Origin: a virus
Taxonomy: Duplodnaviria; Caudoviricetes
DNA: 59,578 bases
Virus record (IMG/VR): IMGVR_UViG_3300006802_000106
Span: 1 to 59,578 of that record
Strand: one strand, 5' to 3'
Within the stretch, counting starts at the first letter, position 1. Every line of letters starts with the position of its first letter. Shown piece after piece: positions 17,496-26,722 of this stretch. The notes below the pieces were generated by a model. It saw only the letters and a list, made by a program, of their open reading frames with translations. It was not told the origin of the DNA and did not search any database. Made by a program: the position numbers and the translations under genes.

Positions 17496-19639
17496 AGACC
17501 TGCTCCCGCCATGCCGCCGACAATGGTCCGAAGCTGCGGCGGCGTCTCCGTCTCCGGCGCCGTACCGCCGCCATCACCCTCTCCGGTGTCACCGTTGAGC
17601 ATGATCTCGAACAGCTTCATCGCCGCCTCGACGGTCGCGTTGTCGGCGCTGGCCGAGTTCTTTTGCGACTGCGTGATGTTCTTGAGCGCCTCGGCCATGG
17701 TCTTGCGCACCTCGGCGGTAGCAGCCTTGACCATCAGGTCCTTCTGCTGCGCCGCCTCCTGCGACCGCGCCTGCTTGCGCATCTCCACGACTTCCGGCGG
17801 CAGCAACATGTCGTCCAGATTGCGCGCGGAGAACTGCGTCCGCAGGAACTTTTCCCGGTTGACCAGCTCCCAGTCTTCCGGCGTCATGCCGGCCTTCAGC
17901 TGGTCCATCTGGATGGCCTGCACTTCCTTGGCGACGAGGCTCGCCGCACCCTTGGCGATGACGTTGTAGTCGCCCGCCTTGATCCGGGGGTTGAACAGCT
18001 TGTTGAACTGGACCATCGACTGGATCACGCTCTCGACGAACACGTCGAAATTCCGGACGATGTCCTTGAACGGGAGACCGGCGTTGCTGTAGAGCATCGA
18101 CGCGCCCGGAACGGTCCGCATCCCCTCGCTCGGCAGCTTCGCCATGTCCCCGCCCGTCGCCGGGTTGACGAAGCTCTCCATGTCGGCGAACCGCATCCCG
18201 AGATCAACCACTTGGGTCAGCTCCGCGATATGGGCGTTGATCTCGACCGACCGGACGGCCGGCGCGGCCGCGTCCTGATCGCGTCCCTTGCGGTAGACCG
18301 TGTCGTACGCCGCGAGCGCGCTCACGTCCTGATCGCCCGCGAGCAGCTCGATGTTGACCTCGGTGATCGGTCCGCACACCACGGACGCGTTGTCGAGCAG
18401 CATGCGCATCGATGACGCTACAGTCATCTGGCTGTCCCGAATGATGTCCGGGAGACCCGTGCCGGCAAGGCTGGTGTCGTCCTCCTCGAACACGAAGGTG
18501 TGAAGCGTCCGGATCGACACACCCATCTGGGTGTAGACGTTCAGATCGGCCTTGATCACCCAGTCGTCGATCATCCAGACCTCGGCGTCCAGATAGTCCG
18601 CCAGCTGGTCGTCGGGGATTTCGACACCCGCCTGCCGCAGCTGATGTCCGTCGACCGGGCCGCACCACACGATGACCTCGAACTTCGACCGGTCACGGCG
18701 CGACACGCTGGTCATGTTGGCGACGCCCATGGAGCGAAGCTGCGTCTCGAAATTCTGCTCGACCCAATTACCGTCCTGATGCGTGCTCAGGTACTCGGTG
18801 ATAACCTCGTTGAAGAAGTCCTTGCGCTTGCGCAGGTCCGACACCTGAGCGCGGGACAGGACCTTGCGGTAGAAGTACCCGTCCTGCTTCTGGAAGCTCT
18901 TGGCCGACATGTCCGGGTAGATATCCCAGACCGACATGCTCTCGATCTGCGGCTTGTACACCGTGATCTTCCTCGGCGCCGGCTGCCCGGTCGTCGGGTC
19001 GATCTGCCACACCGTCCGCTCGACCGGCCGGGCGAACGGTCCGACCGCCGCGCCGTAGCAGTACATGATGCCGCTTAGCAGCACGTCCCGGCTGAGCTTG
19101 ACGTAGCTCTCCGCCTGAGACCCGCCGAGTTCCTGCAGCTGGTCGTCAATCTCGACCATCAGCTCCCAAGCCCGCTCGTCGGCCAGCATCTGCGTCGCAT
19201 GCTGAATGAACTTGTCGTCGATCGTCGGCTGCACACCCTCACGCTTGTACTGTTCCCCGAGACGGCGCATCGCCTCGACGACGTCGTTCGGGTCCATCTC
19301 CGCGTTCGGACTGGCCGACACCCCGTAGTTCCGGTCGGTGCCGTTGAACATCAGGTTCATCACCCGCGACAGGGTCGAGATGTTCTTGATCCGCGTCAGT
19401 CGCGGATAGGCGCGGGACCGGGTCGGTCCCAGCAGCTTCTCAAGCTCGGGGTCGAGGATGCCCAGCGTCTGCCGCAGGTTGCGGAGCAGCTTCAGCTCCA
19501 GCGGCCCGCGATCGGACCGGAACCCGTCGAACTTCTGCTTGAGCTGAGACCCAAGAGCCGAGACCATGGCGCGCGTAATCGCCGGTCCCTGACTGGGCTG
19601 CTGCTCGACCACCGCCAACTCCTGCGCCATCGACATCAC
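17492..19639 (-). CDS. portal protein
   Basis: 715 aa directly after TerL; SVWDIYPD, GTGLPDIIRDSQ...MLLDNASVVCGP patterns; helical C-terminus. Confidence 0.85.
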   Translation of the reverse strand: MMSMAQELAVVEQQPSQGPAITRAMVSALGSQLKQKFDGFRSDRGPLELKLLRNLRQTLGILDPELEKLLGPTRSRAYPRLTRIKNISTLSRVMNLMFNGTDRNYGVSASPNAEMDPNDVVEAMRRLGEQYKREGVQPTIDDKFIQHATQMLADERAWELMVEIDDQLQELGGSQAESYVKLSRDVLLSGIMYCYGAAVGPFARPVERTVWQIDPTTGQPAPRKITVYKPQIESMSVWDIYPDMSAKSFQKQDGYFYRKVLSRAQVSDLRKRKDFFNEVITEYLSTHQDGNWVEQNFETQLRSMGVANMTSVSRRDRSKFEVIVWCGPVDGHQLRQAGVEIPDDQLADYLDAEVWMIDDWVIKADLNVYTQMGVSIRTLHTFVFEEDDTSLAGTGLPDIIRDSQMTVASSMRMLLDNASVVCGPITEVNIELLAGDQDVSALAAYDTVYRKGRDQDAAAPAVRSVEINAHIAELTQVVDLGMRFADMESFVNPATGGDMAKLPSEGMRTVPGASMLYSNAGLPFKDIVRNFDVFVESVIQSMVQFNKLFNPRIKAGDYNVIAKGAASLVAKEVQAIQMDQLKAGMTPEDWELVNREKFLRTQFSARNLDDMLLPPEVVEMRKQARSQEAAQQKDLMVKAATAEVRKTMAEALKNITQSQKNSASADNATVEAAMKLFEIMLNGDTGEGDGGGTAPETETPPQLRTIVGGMAGAGL

Positions 19640-21129
19640 CTATAGTGGTAAGCACTGCCCCGGTTCACCGGCCGGGTCCGACGGGACTGCTTGATCCGTT
19701 CCATCTTCGCCAGAACATCACCTTCCCGTACGAAGAACCTTGCGCCGTACCCGAAGCCGTCTCCGGGATGCGAATACTGGTTTTTCTCCGGCTCCGACCC
19801 CTTCATTTCCTCGTTCTTGGGGTTCAGCGCGTACCGCCAGCCCCCCTTGAGCGCGCGAACGAGTATGGGGCATTCCGCCCCGTCGATCAACAGCGCCGGC
19901 TTGCCCTCGACCAGCCGTGTCGTGTAGTGGTCTATCGCGTCAAGCCTGAGAGGAAGACGATTGTTGCTCTCGATGGAGACGTCGTACTCCTCGCGGAACG
20001 TGTCCACGATAGTCTTCTCATCGTTGGCCGACCGGTTGGCCGCCGCCGGGTCGGGCGCGATGGTGATCCGCTCGCAGCCGGGAAACCGCCTCCGGATGTA
20101 GGGCTTGAGCTTCTCGCTGATGAACCGCTTGGCGCCGTAGCCCTTGGCGATCACCTCGCCGTAGACCAGCAGCCGCCCGATCAGGTCCTCCTGCATGAAG
20201 ATCGCCGCCAGACCTCCGATCCCGGGATCGAGCCCGACCACCATCATGAGGCCCGGGTTCCACACCAGCGGAACTTTCGACACGTGCAGCTCGGCCCGGA
20301 ACGTGGGGACCACCGGCGTGCCGGCGATGGAGAAGCCCCACTCGACCTCGATGAACTGCTTGATCCACGCGACCGACTTGCCGACCGCGAGGTTGGTGTA
20401 GTACGCGGCGCCGCCCGGCAGGTTCTCCAAGTTCTCCGCGTCCGGGCTGAAGCCCGACGGCTGGACGAACAGCTTGGTGTTGGCGTTGACCTGCCAGACC
20501 TGACCCTTCGTCCACTGGTCGTACTCGTGCAGCCGGACGCGGTCCTCGGCGTGGAGGTGGTCGAACCACCAGTTGTCTTCGGTGTCCGTGTTGGACGCAC
20601 CCCACATCCCCCAGTTCGTCGCCCCGCCGTCCTTGGCCGACGGGTAGCGCCCGCAGCGGCCGGACAGGCTCTCGATGATCGCCTTGGGGATGTTGACGAA
20701 CTCGTCGATGATGGCGAACGTCACCTCCAGCGACAGCACCCGGTTGACGTCGTCCGGCGTGTCGAGCGGCCGGAACAGCACCTCGCACTCGACGTCGTCG
20801 AAGCGGAGGATGAACGTGTTCTGCGTCGCCAACCACTCCCCGGCCTCGTCGTCCTTGAACCACTGCTGCCACGACTTCAGCGTCGTGTCCCGCAGCATCG
20901 GGTAGGTGTTACGGACGATCACGCACCGCGTCCTCCGGATACCGTCCGCCTGCGGCTCCTGCAGCGCGGCCAGCCGGCACAGCTTGAAGAAGTTCCCGGT
21001 GGTCTTCGCCGAACCGACCGGACCCTCGATCCAATCGAAGAACAGCTCTCCCGGCTTGTAGTGGGAGATGAACTCCCGGACCGTCGGCGGCGGCTTGTAG
21101 ACGAACACGTCGGCCTTGGGCTGGATCAC
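19636..21129 (-). CDS. terL: terminase large subunit
   Basis: Walker A-like GPVGSAKT, RNTYPML, Walker B AIIDE, nuclease GLDPG and SHPGDG; GTG start overlaps the TerS stop. Confidence 0.93.
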   Translation of the reverse strand: MIQPKADVFVYKPPPTVREFISHYKPGELFFDWIEGPVGSAKTTGNFFKLCRLAALQEPQADGIRRTRCVIVRNTYPMLRDTTLKSWQQWFKDDEAGEWLATQNTFILRFDDVECEVLFRPLDTPDDVNRVLSLEVTFAIIDEFVNIPKAIIESLSGRCGRYPSAKDGGATNWGMWGASNTDTEDNWWFDHLHAEDRVRLHEYDQWTKGQVWQVNANTKLFVQPSGFSPDAENLENLPGGAAYYTNLAVGKSVAWIKQFIEVEWGFSIAGTPVVPTFRAELHVSKVPLVWNPGLMMVVGLDPGIGGLAAIFMQEDLIGRLLVYGEVIAKGYGAKRFISEKLKPYIRRRFPGCERITIAPDPAAANRSANDEKTIVDTFREEYDVSIESNNRLPLRLDAIDHYTTRLVEGKPALLIDGAECPILVRALKGGWRYALNPKNEEMKGSEPEKNQYSHPGDGFGYGARFFVREGDVLAKMERIKQSRRTRPVNRGSAYHYR

Positions 21130-21578
21130 CGCGACAGGTCCATCTTGATGCTGAAACCCACGCCGACGTTGATGTTGGTCTTGCCCTGATCCTTGCCGGC
21201 GTTGAGACCGGCGGCGTTGATCGTGAACTTCATCAGGTCGGCCCGCACCACCGGGGAAACCGTCGGGTCGGTCGCCAGCGTGTACATGGTCTCCAGATAC
21301 GCGTCGGCCTGCATCGCGGCCTTCATCTTGAACGACATGCCCTCGCGCTTGAGCATCTCGTTCGCGGCCTCGACCTCGGCGACGAACACCGGGTGCGCGA
21401 TCAGCTGCAGCCACTCCTCGCGGGAAACCCCGTACTGCTCGCAGATCACCTTCGGTGTCGCGATCCGCAGCGCGATCTCAAGGGGGAGCGTCGCCGGCCA
21501 CGACAACTTGGCAGGGTTCCTCGGAGGTGGAAACGCCTCGTCCAGCTTGTCCATGTCGATCGTGGCCAGCGCGTTCAT
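21126..21578 (-). CDS. terminase small subunit (putative)
   Basis: 150 aa with an N-terminal HTH-like segment, immediately upstream of TerL. Confidence 0.7.
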   Translation of the reverse strand: MNALATIDMDKLDEAFPPPRNPAKLSWPATLPLEIALRIATPKVICEQYGVSREEWLQLIAHPVFVAEVEAANEMLKREGMSFKMKAAMQADAYLETMYTLATDPTVSPVVRADLMKFTINAAGLNAGKDQGKTNINVGVGFSIKMDLSR

Positions 21579-21588
21579 GGTTCAGGTC

Positions 21589-21861
21589 TCAGGGGATCGG
21601 CTCAGCGTAATCCCAGTCGTCGGCCAGCAGGTCAGTCTGGCTCGCCAGCCAAGGGACGATCTGACCATCCGCCGTCCGCATGTCGACGTGAGAGTGATAG
21701 CTGATCTCGGTTCCTTCCGGGTAGATGCCCAGAAGCGGCTGACGGTTCACCCTGAAGGTCGATCCGGGCACGAGGAAGACGAACATCCCCTTCCCGTTCC
21801 AACCCCTGCGCGCTATCCGATGGCCCGCCTTGATTTCCAGTAGCGCCTTGCTGAAGTCCAT
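21589..21861 (-). CDS. DUF2829 family protein
   Basis: MDFSKAL..K.G..IARRGWNGKGMF...PWLASQTDLLADDW signature. Confidence 0.9.
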   Translation of the reverse strand: MDFSKALLEIKAGHRIARRGWNGKGMFVFLVPGSTFRVNRQPLLGIYPEGTEISYHSHVDMRTADGQIVPWLASQTDLLADDWDYAEPIP

Positions 21862-21925
21862 TGTCTTTCCGGTCCTTGTGTTCTCGGTCGCGCGCTCGCC
21901 TGAAGATCACGGCGATACGCCCCGA

Positions 21926-21954
21926 AGCGTAACCTTCGGACCTGCATGTGTCAA
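21926..21954 (-). promoter_or_regulatory. sigma70-type promoter for the packaging/structural operon
   Basis: Minus strand TTGACA-N17-TACGCT. Confidence 0.65.
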
Positions 21955-22072
21955 TCGGGGAGGGAGGTCTGGAAAATCCCCGGCGCCTGTGATTTTGGGG
22001 AGACGCCGCGACGCCGGGGAAGTCTGACTGAACCGGGACGGAGTGTAGCGTGCTTCGCGCATGGCGCGCAAG

Positions 22073-22192
22073 TCAGAAAATCCACGCTCCGAGCGTGAAG
22101 GAGAAGGCGACCCAGAGGATGGTCCGCCCGTCGAGACCCACCTTGAGCGCGTACTCCGCGATCGTGGAAAGGACGTTGCGCAGCTTTTCCAT
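22073..22192 (-). CDS. 39-aa putative membrane peptide (not in ORF track)
   Basis: GGGAG RBS; MEKLRNVLSTIAEYALKVGLDGRTILWVAFSFTLGAWIF*. Confidence 0.6.
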   Translation of the reverse strand: MEKLRNVLSTIAEYALKVGLDGRTILWVAFSFTLGAWIF

Positions 22193-22302
22193 GTGTTACT
22201 CCCTGAACGAGACGGACCGTCGCTGATGCCCGGAAGCTGCACGCGACGGTCCGTGAAGGTCCCTCTACCTGATCCTTGGCGATCTGGTGGTCGAACACAG
22301 GA

Positions 22303-22331
22303 ATTGTGTGGCGGCGGTTGGGGGTTGTCAA
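22303..22331 (-). promoter_or_regulatory. sigma70-type leftward promoter
   Basis: Minus strand TTGACA-N17-CACAAT. Confidence 0.6.
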
Positions 22332-22494
22332 CGTCTAATGAGGTCAAATTTTAATCTAAAAAATTTTAGAAAAAATGTGTGGGCGACGGTGTAGCGCATG
22401 AGCGGTTCTAGTAATTCCCCCCAAGGGGTGCAGTCGAGGGAAAGAATTCTTTCTAGGGCGGCGGCACCTAGTCTCTCGCGAGCGGCGTCTCAAC

Positions 22495-22513
22495 TTTGTT
22501 ACGACGTAACAAA
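22495..22513. promoter_or_regulatory. early-region dyad, copy 1
   Basis: TTTGTTAC-GAC-GTAACAAA. Confidence 0.85.
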
Positions 22514-22541
22514 ATCCGCACGAATTAAGCGTTATCCATGC

Positions 22542-22570
22542 TTGCATCATGCTCTTATGTGTGAGATTAT
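22542..22570 (+). promoter_or_regulatory. putative promoter of the first early gene
   Basis: TTGCAT-N17-GATTAT. Confidence 0.45.
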
Positions 22571-22630
22571 GTGTGTGGGCGCTTTTGCCCGGGCGGGACC
22601 TATGGGGTCCCATATGAAAGGAACTAGACC

Positions 22631-23347
22631 ATGAACGCGCACACAAGGATCACTGTTGACGCCGCCGCCAAGATTCTGGATACCGTCGTGAACGGTGCGA
22701 AGGCTGACAAGACGGCGGAGCTGCTCGACAATATTCGCAGCATGGCTGGCACGCTGGCTAAAGCGGACCGCACCAATGGCAGGGCCGCTGTCGACGCTGG
22801 CAACGCCATCAAAGCGGCGGGCGGAGACACGGCGGAGAACAAGCGCGCTTTCCAGCTCGCCTACATCTCCTCCTATCTGAGCATCCGCGACAACGCCAAG
22901 GTGACGGCCGCCGACATTCTGGCCAGCGCTGGTCACGGCCGCAAACTCTCGAAAAAGCAGACGCGGGCTCGGACCGAGACGGAAGAACTCGCGTACGGCG
23001 CGTGCCGAACCGCCTACCATCGCGCGCTCAAGGCGGCGGGACTGATCGAACCGAAGGAACGCGGCGCACGCGCCGAAGGCAACGCCAAGGGCGAAGGCGA
23101 AGGCGAAGGCGAAGGCGAAGGCGACAAGGTGACTGTCACCAATCCCGGCGACGCTGGCCACGATGAACCATGGACGCGGGAACGGCTGGAAAGCTACATT
23201 CGCGGGCAGGCTGTCGCGCTCCGCCAGACACTCAACAAGCGTATGGCGGAAACAGGTGGTTGCCACGCGGAACTGGCGGCGGCGGTCATGGCGTTTGCGG
23301 ATCGCGTCGACCATGCCGACGAAGCGCTTGAGGCGCAGTACAAGTAA
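22631..23347 (+). CDS. first early gene, hypothetical helical protein with an (EG)n linker
   Basis: GAAAGGA RBS; own promoter and terminator. Confidence 0.8.
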   Translation: MNAHTRITVDAAAKILDTVVNGAKADKTAELLDNIRSMAGTLAKADRTNGRAAVDAGNAIKAAGGDTAENKRAFQLAYISSYLSIRDNAKVTAADILASAGHGRKLSKKQTRARTETEELAYGACRTAYHRALKAAGLIEPKERGARAEGNAKGEGEGEGEGEGDKVTVTNPGDAGHDEPWTRERLESYIRGQAVALRQTLNKRMAETGGCHAELAAAVMAFADRVDHADEALEAQYK

Positions 23348-23377
23348 TCCGCGCCAACATTCCGACCTAAGCCTACG

Positions 23378-23410
23378 ACGCCCGCCCTAACCCGGCGGGC
23401 GTTTTCTTTT
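23378..23410 (+). terminator. rho-independent terminator
   Basis: Stem ACGCCCGCC/GGCGGGCGT followed by TTTCTTTT. Confidence 0.85.
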
Positions 23411-23424
23411 GCCCGCCGCACAGC

Positions 23425-23443
23425 TTTGTTACCCGGTAACAAA
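23425..23443. promoter_or_regulatory. early-region dyad, copy 2
   Basis: (GC)TTTGTTAC-CCG-GTAACAAA(GC). Confidence 0.85.
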
Positions 23444-24205
23444 GCGTGGTAGTAGTTCGGTCAGTCAGTCGGCTCGCTCAGGTGTGAGGCGTGGTAGTAG
23501 TTCGGTCGGTCAGTCAGGGCGCGTCAGGCAGTCTGGCATGGTTCGTGCATATGCGCCGCGTGACAGTAGTCGGGTCGGTCAGTCGGGTAGCACGCGTCAA
23601 TCATCGTCTAACATGGGCGGAAATTTGAATGTGGTAATACGGTGCCACATCCTACCACTAGGCAGGCTAAGTCATTGATTTCTTAGGGCACTATCCAAAT
23701 CATTTCTGACGGTTTTCGGCGTTTGGCCTACCAAGTGGTGTGTAAGTCATTGAAACTAAAGGCACTAGTCCATTTAGTCCATTTAGTCCATTCCAAAATA
23801 TATATATATAAGGGCGATTTTTTCGGATTAACCTCTAATGTTCGCGAGATTTGATTGCCTTCCGACCGCCGCGCCCGCCATATGGGAGTGTATGTTGTTT
23901 TTTCGAGTGGCCTTTTTGGACTAGTGGCAATGATTTCAAGCACTTAGCGCCCGAAAAGTGGCCTATTCGAGTGGCCTTTTTGGCCTACTCACGACGCAAA
24001 AGTGGCCTATTCCACCCATCAAATTCTCGACCGCATTAGACGTTAACACCAAAACACCCGCATCAGCTGGTCAATCGCGCCCGAGCGCCGCGCCACCCGC
24101 GCCTGCAAAGTGGCCTTCCCGGCACAATCAACCTCTAACGTCGTGGAAGTTTGTTACCGGGTAACAAAGTCAGCTGGAATGACCTCTAACGACGTGGAAG
24201 TTTAG
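23444..24205. repeat. non-coding multi-repeat block (candidate origin or genome-end region)
   Basis: GCGTGGTAGTAGTTCGGTC x2 (23444, 23489); TAGTCCATT x3 (23766-23792); (TA)n at ~23798-23810; AGTGGCCT x5 (23906, 23957, 23970, 24001, 24109); ACCTCTAACG(T/A)CGTGGAAGTTT x2 (24131, 24182); TAAGTCATTGA x2. Confidence 0.85.
24150..24168. promoter_or_regulatory. early-region dyad, copy 3
   Basis: TTTGTTAC-CGG-GTAACAAA. Confidence 0.85.
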
Positions 24206-24252
24206 CCCGCTATCTGACAGGTGTGCGTGGCAGTAGTGCCGGCTGGGTCGCC

Positions 24253-24281
24253 TTGACTTAGTGACCTGTATATGCGACCAT
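24253..24281 (+). promoter_or_regulatory. early promoter, class A
   Basis: TTGACT-TAGTGACCTGTATATGC-GACCAT; spacer shared with 28270 and 31889. Confidence 0.7.
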
Positions 24282-24320
24282 AATAATTGGGGCCAGAGGA
24301 CCGTCTCCGGCCTCCCGGAC

Positions 24321-24339
24321 TTTGTTACCGGGTAACAAA
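24321..24339. promoter_or_regulatory. early-region dyad, copy 4
   Basis: TTTGTTAC-CGG-GTAACAAA in the leader before the RBS of 24372. Confidence 0.85.
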
Positions 24340-24371
24340 ATCGGGCAACAAAAACTGAAAGGATCGGTACC

Positions 24372-24668
24372 ATGGAAAGGATCACGGGAACTCTCGATCG
24401 CAGGCAGCTAAACGTGGCCGTCCTGACGATCGCCAACCGTCTCATGCCTTGCGGCTGGGACGTGGGTGTGGACGCGCCGTCCACCTACGAGGAACTGGTC
24501 GAGCACTACGAGACCACCGGGCGCATCAAGGTGTGGGACGGTGCGAGCGATCGGACCATCTACGACGACGACGGCGATCACGAGTGGGGCGACGACAGCC
24601 CGTGCCGGTGCCACAACTGTGGCTGGCAGGGCAAGGTCGCCCAGACCAAACTGAAGGGAGCTATGTGA
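24372..24668 (+). CDS. early hypothetical protein with a C-terminal CxCxxC motif
   Basis: GAAAGGA RBS; ORF track. Confidence 0.7.
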   Translation: MERITGTLDRRQLNVAVLTIANRLMPCGWDVGVDAPSTYEELVEHYETTGRIKVWDGASDRTIYDDDGDHEWGDDSPCRCHNCGWQGKVAQTKLKGAM

Positions 24669-24703
24669 TGCCCCTCAGCACAAAACACGAAAGGAACAGG
24701 GTC

Positions 24704-25087
24704 ATGACCACGGTAATCAACAGGATCGCGACGCTGGTCGTCGCACGACAGAACTGCCTCGCTTCCGGCAACGACGAGTGGCTGGAGCGGCACACCGTCG
24801 GGCTGGAGCGGATCGTGCGCGAGCATCTCCCGAGCGGCTCCGGGTTCGACGCGGGCACGAGCATCGACAAGGTTCGGTCGCGCCGGGACCGGATCGTGTT
24901 CCGCACGTCCTTTCACCACATGGACGAGAACGGCCACTATGATGGCTGGACCGAGCACGACGTGGTCGTGACGCCGGCGTTCGACGGGTTCGACCTGCGC
25001 GTCACCGGCCGCGATCGGAACGGGATCAAGGACTACATCGGCGACGTGTTCCACGAGGCGCTGAGCGCCGACATCCGGGAGAGCTGA
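24704..25087 (+). CDS. conserved phage early protein (LPSGSGFDAG motif)
   Basis: GAAAGGA RBS before ATG 24704. Confidence 0.75.
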   Translation: MTTVINRIATLVVARQNCLASGNDEWLERHTVGLERIVREHLPSGSGFDAGTSIDKVRSRRDRIVFRTSFHHMDENGHYDGWTEHDVVVTPAFDGFDLRVTGRDRNGIKDYIGDVFHEALSADIRES

Positions 25088-25088
25088 C

Positions 25089-25334
25089 ATGGCCCGCTAC
25101 ATTTACGAGTACGATGTGAAGCTGTTCCTGTCGATCCGGGTCGAGGCCGACCGTCGTGGCGACGCCGACGGCGCAGTGCAGGATATCATCGACGCCATGG
25201 AGGGCGACCAGAACTTCCTCGACGGCTTCAACGAGAAGGCCGCGCCGGTGCGCGTGGTCTACACGTCGCTGGAGCGGGACGAGACCGACGAGGACTTCAT
25301 CGAGCGCCGCCCGGTGGGCGAGAGGGACGAGTGA
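25089..25334 (+). CDS. acidic early hypothetical protein
   Basis: GGAG RBS; operon packing. Confidence 0.7.
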   Translation: MARYIYEYDVKLFLSIRVEADRRGDADGAVQDIIDAMEGDQNFLDGFNEKAAPVRVVYTSLERDETDEDFIERRPVGERDE

Positions 25335-25353
25335 TGCCCGCAACCGACCCGGC

Positions 25354-25372
25354 TTTGTGACCGGGTCACAAA
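25354..25372. promoter_or_regulatory. early-region dyad, copy 5 (G/C variant); extra half-site at 25411
   Basis: TTTGTGAC-CGG-GTCACAAA; TAC-CCG-GTCACAAA at 25405-25418. Confidence 0.85.
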
Positions 25373-25435
25373 ATGATCAGGGAACTCTGCCGCTGGGGCA
25401 GGAGTACCCGGTCACAAACACACAGGAGTGAGAGA

Positions 25436-25855
25436 ATGAACAAGAACCACATTTTGCGAGTGGCGGACGCCATCGAGCAGCGCACCATCGAGAACCTTGG
25501 GTTCAACATGGCGGTCACTTTCGCCCGGTACGACGGCCAGTACGCCGACCAGTCGGGGCACGACTGTGGCACGATCGCCTGCATCGCCGGGTGGTCGGTC
25601 GCCTTCCGCGAGCAGGACCGGTACGGAGAGGTGAGCGTCTCCCGGATGGCCGCCACGCTAGAGGAGTATGGTGGCAACGTGCTCGACGACGCGCGGGTCT
25701 GGCTCGGTCTGGACACGGATCGCGCCGACGCACTGTTCTACGGCCGGCATCACCCGTCCGGCAGCATCAACAGCATCTCCGTCTCCGAGGCCGTCCGGAC
25801 CCTGCGCCACCTCGCCGAGACCGGTAAGGTCGACTGGGAGGCGTGCCGTGATTGA
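25436..25855 (+). CDS. early hypothetical protein (CGTIACIAGW motif)
   Basis: AGGAG RBS; motif familiar from phage hypothetical proteins. Confidence 0.75.
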   Translation: MNKNHILRVADAIEQRTIENLGFNMAVTFARYDGQYADQSGHDCGTIACIAGWSVAFREQDRYGEVSVSRMAATLEEYGGNVLDDARVWLGLDTDRADALFYGRHHPSGSINSISVSEAVRTLRHLAETGKVDWEACRD

Positions 25856-26117
25856 GACGCTGTATGGTCCCGGAGGGATCGCGCTGGTGCTCGACAGCGG
25901 CCAGATATTCCCGGATGACCCCGGTCAGGGGACGCCGGCCATCGTCGAGTACGACCACGACGAGCGCACGTACACCAGCACGTTCTGGGCCGCCTTAGGT
26001 GAGGGGGAGCTGCTCGACAAGCGCGGCGAACCCTACGACCTGAGTGCGCGTCAGCACAACTGGCTGCTAGCACAGGAGAGCGCGGTCAGCGAGTTTCTCA
26101 ACAGGCACGGAGGCTGA
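25848..26117 (+). CDS. early hypothetical protein
   Basis: GGAGG RBS and GTG at 25848 overlapping the upstream gene. Confidence 0.65.
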   Translation: MIETLYGPGGIALVLDSGQIFPDDPGQGTPAIVEYDHDERTYTSTFWAALGEGELLDKRGEPYDLSARQHNWLLAQESAVSEFLNRHGG

Positions 26118-26118
26118 C

Positions 26119-26262
26119 ATGCGCCGCAACCGCTGGCACAGCAAAGACTACTACCTAACGCCCAAGGAGCCGTGGTGGTCGGCCGTCCTCGCATTCATTG
26201 GCATGGCCGTGTTCATCGGCGCTGTCATCATCCTGTCCGCCGCTGTGGTGGGCACCAACTAG
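26119..26262 (+). CDS. 47-aa single-TM membrane peptide (not in ORF track)
   Basis: GGAGG RBS; MRRNRWHSKDYYLTPKEPWWSAVLAFIGMAVFIGAVIILSAAVVGTN*. Confidence 0.65.
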   Translation: MRRNRWHSKDYYLTPKEPWWSAVLAFIGMAVFIGAVIILSAAVVGTN

Positions 26263-26272
26263 GACCCTCGAT

Positions 26273-26292
26273 CTTGTGACCACGGTCACAAA
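26273..26292. promoter_or_regulatory. early-region dyad, copy 6 (4-nt spacer)
   Basis: CTTGTGAC-CACG-GTCACAAA. Confidence 0.8.
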
Positions 26293-26333
26293 CCCCGCCG
26301 CCCAGCGCGGCACCAACTGAAAGGACCAAGAGA

Positions 26334-26444
26334 ATGAGCACGATCACGATGACGCAGTGCAAAAGCGGGAGCTGGAAGGTTCTCCGCAACGGCAAGCCGA
26401 TCAGCTACCACCTGTTACGCGAAGCACGGCGGGAGGTGGTGTGA
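26334..26444 (+). CDS. 36-aa early peptide
   Basis: GAAAGGA RBS; TGATG coupling to the next gene. Confidence 0.5.
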   Translation: MSTITMTQCKSGSWKVLRNGKPISYHLLREARREVV

Positions 26445-26722
26445 TGGGCACCGAAGTGATTTACGTCCCGGTCAAGGCCAAGTGTCCTGATGGTAGGGTG
26501 CGGACGGTGCGGGCTCGGGCTACCATCTACGGCGGCCTCTACCCCGACACGGCGTTCACGGTGCCGGCCTACGCCAAGGCGAAGGGCAAGACGGTCGGCG
26601 GGTTCATCACGCCTGCCGATGGGCTGGGCTGGGTGCAGGACCACGCACCGGGGCTGGAGTTCCGCGCGGTCAAGACCGGCCGGAACTACGGTGTGTTCGC
26701 GAAGGAGCAGGGCGATGCCTGA
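26444..26722 (+). CDS. early hypothetical protein
   Basis: GGAGG RBS; ATG 26444 (MGTEVIYVPV...). Confidence 0.7.
   Translation: MGTEVIYVPVKAKCPDGRVRTVRARATIYGGLYPDTAFTVPAYAKAKGKTVGGFITPADGLGWVQDHAPGLEFRAVKTGRNYGVFAKEQGDA

Noticed and set aside
9618-21189. Long antisense ORFs (e.g. 9618..11507, 13083..14519, 19645..21189; also 31916..33673, 47817..49397)
   Set aside because: Shadow frames of real high-GC genes; no motifs or RBS
19636-21414. 592-aa TerL starting at 21414
   Set aside because: The first 95 codons overlap TerS out of frame; GTG at 21129 coupled to the TerS stop is the better start
23728-24164. Short ORFs in the repeat block
   Set aside because: No RBS, atypical composition; translations merely reflect the DNA repeats
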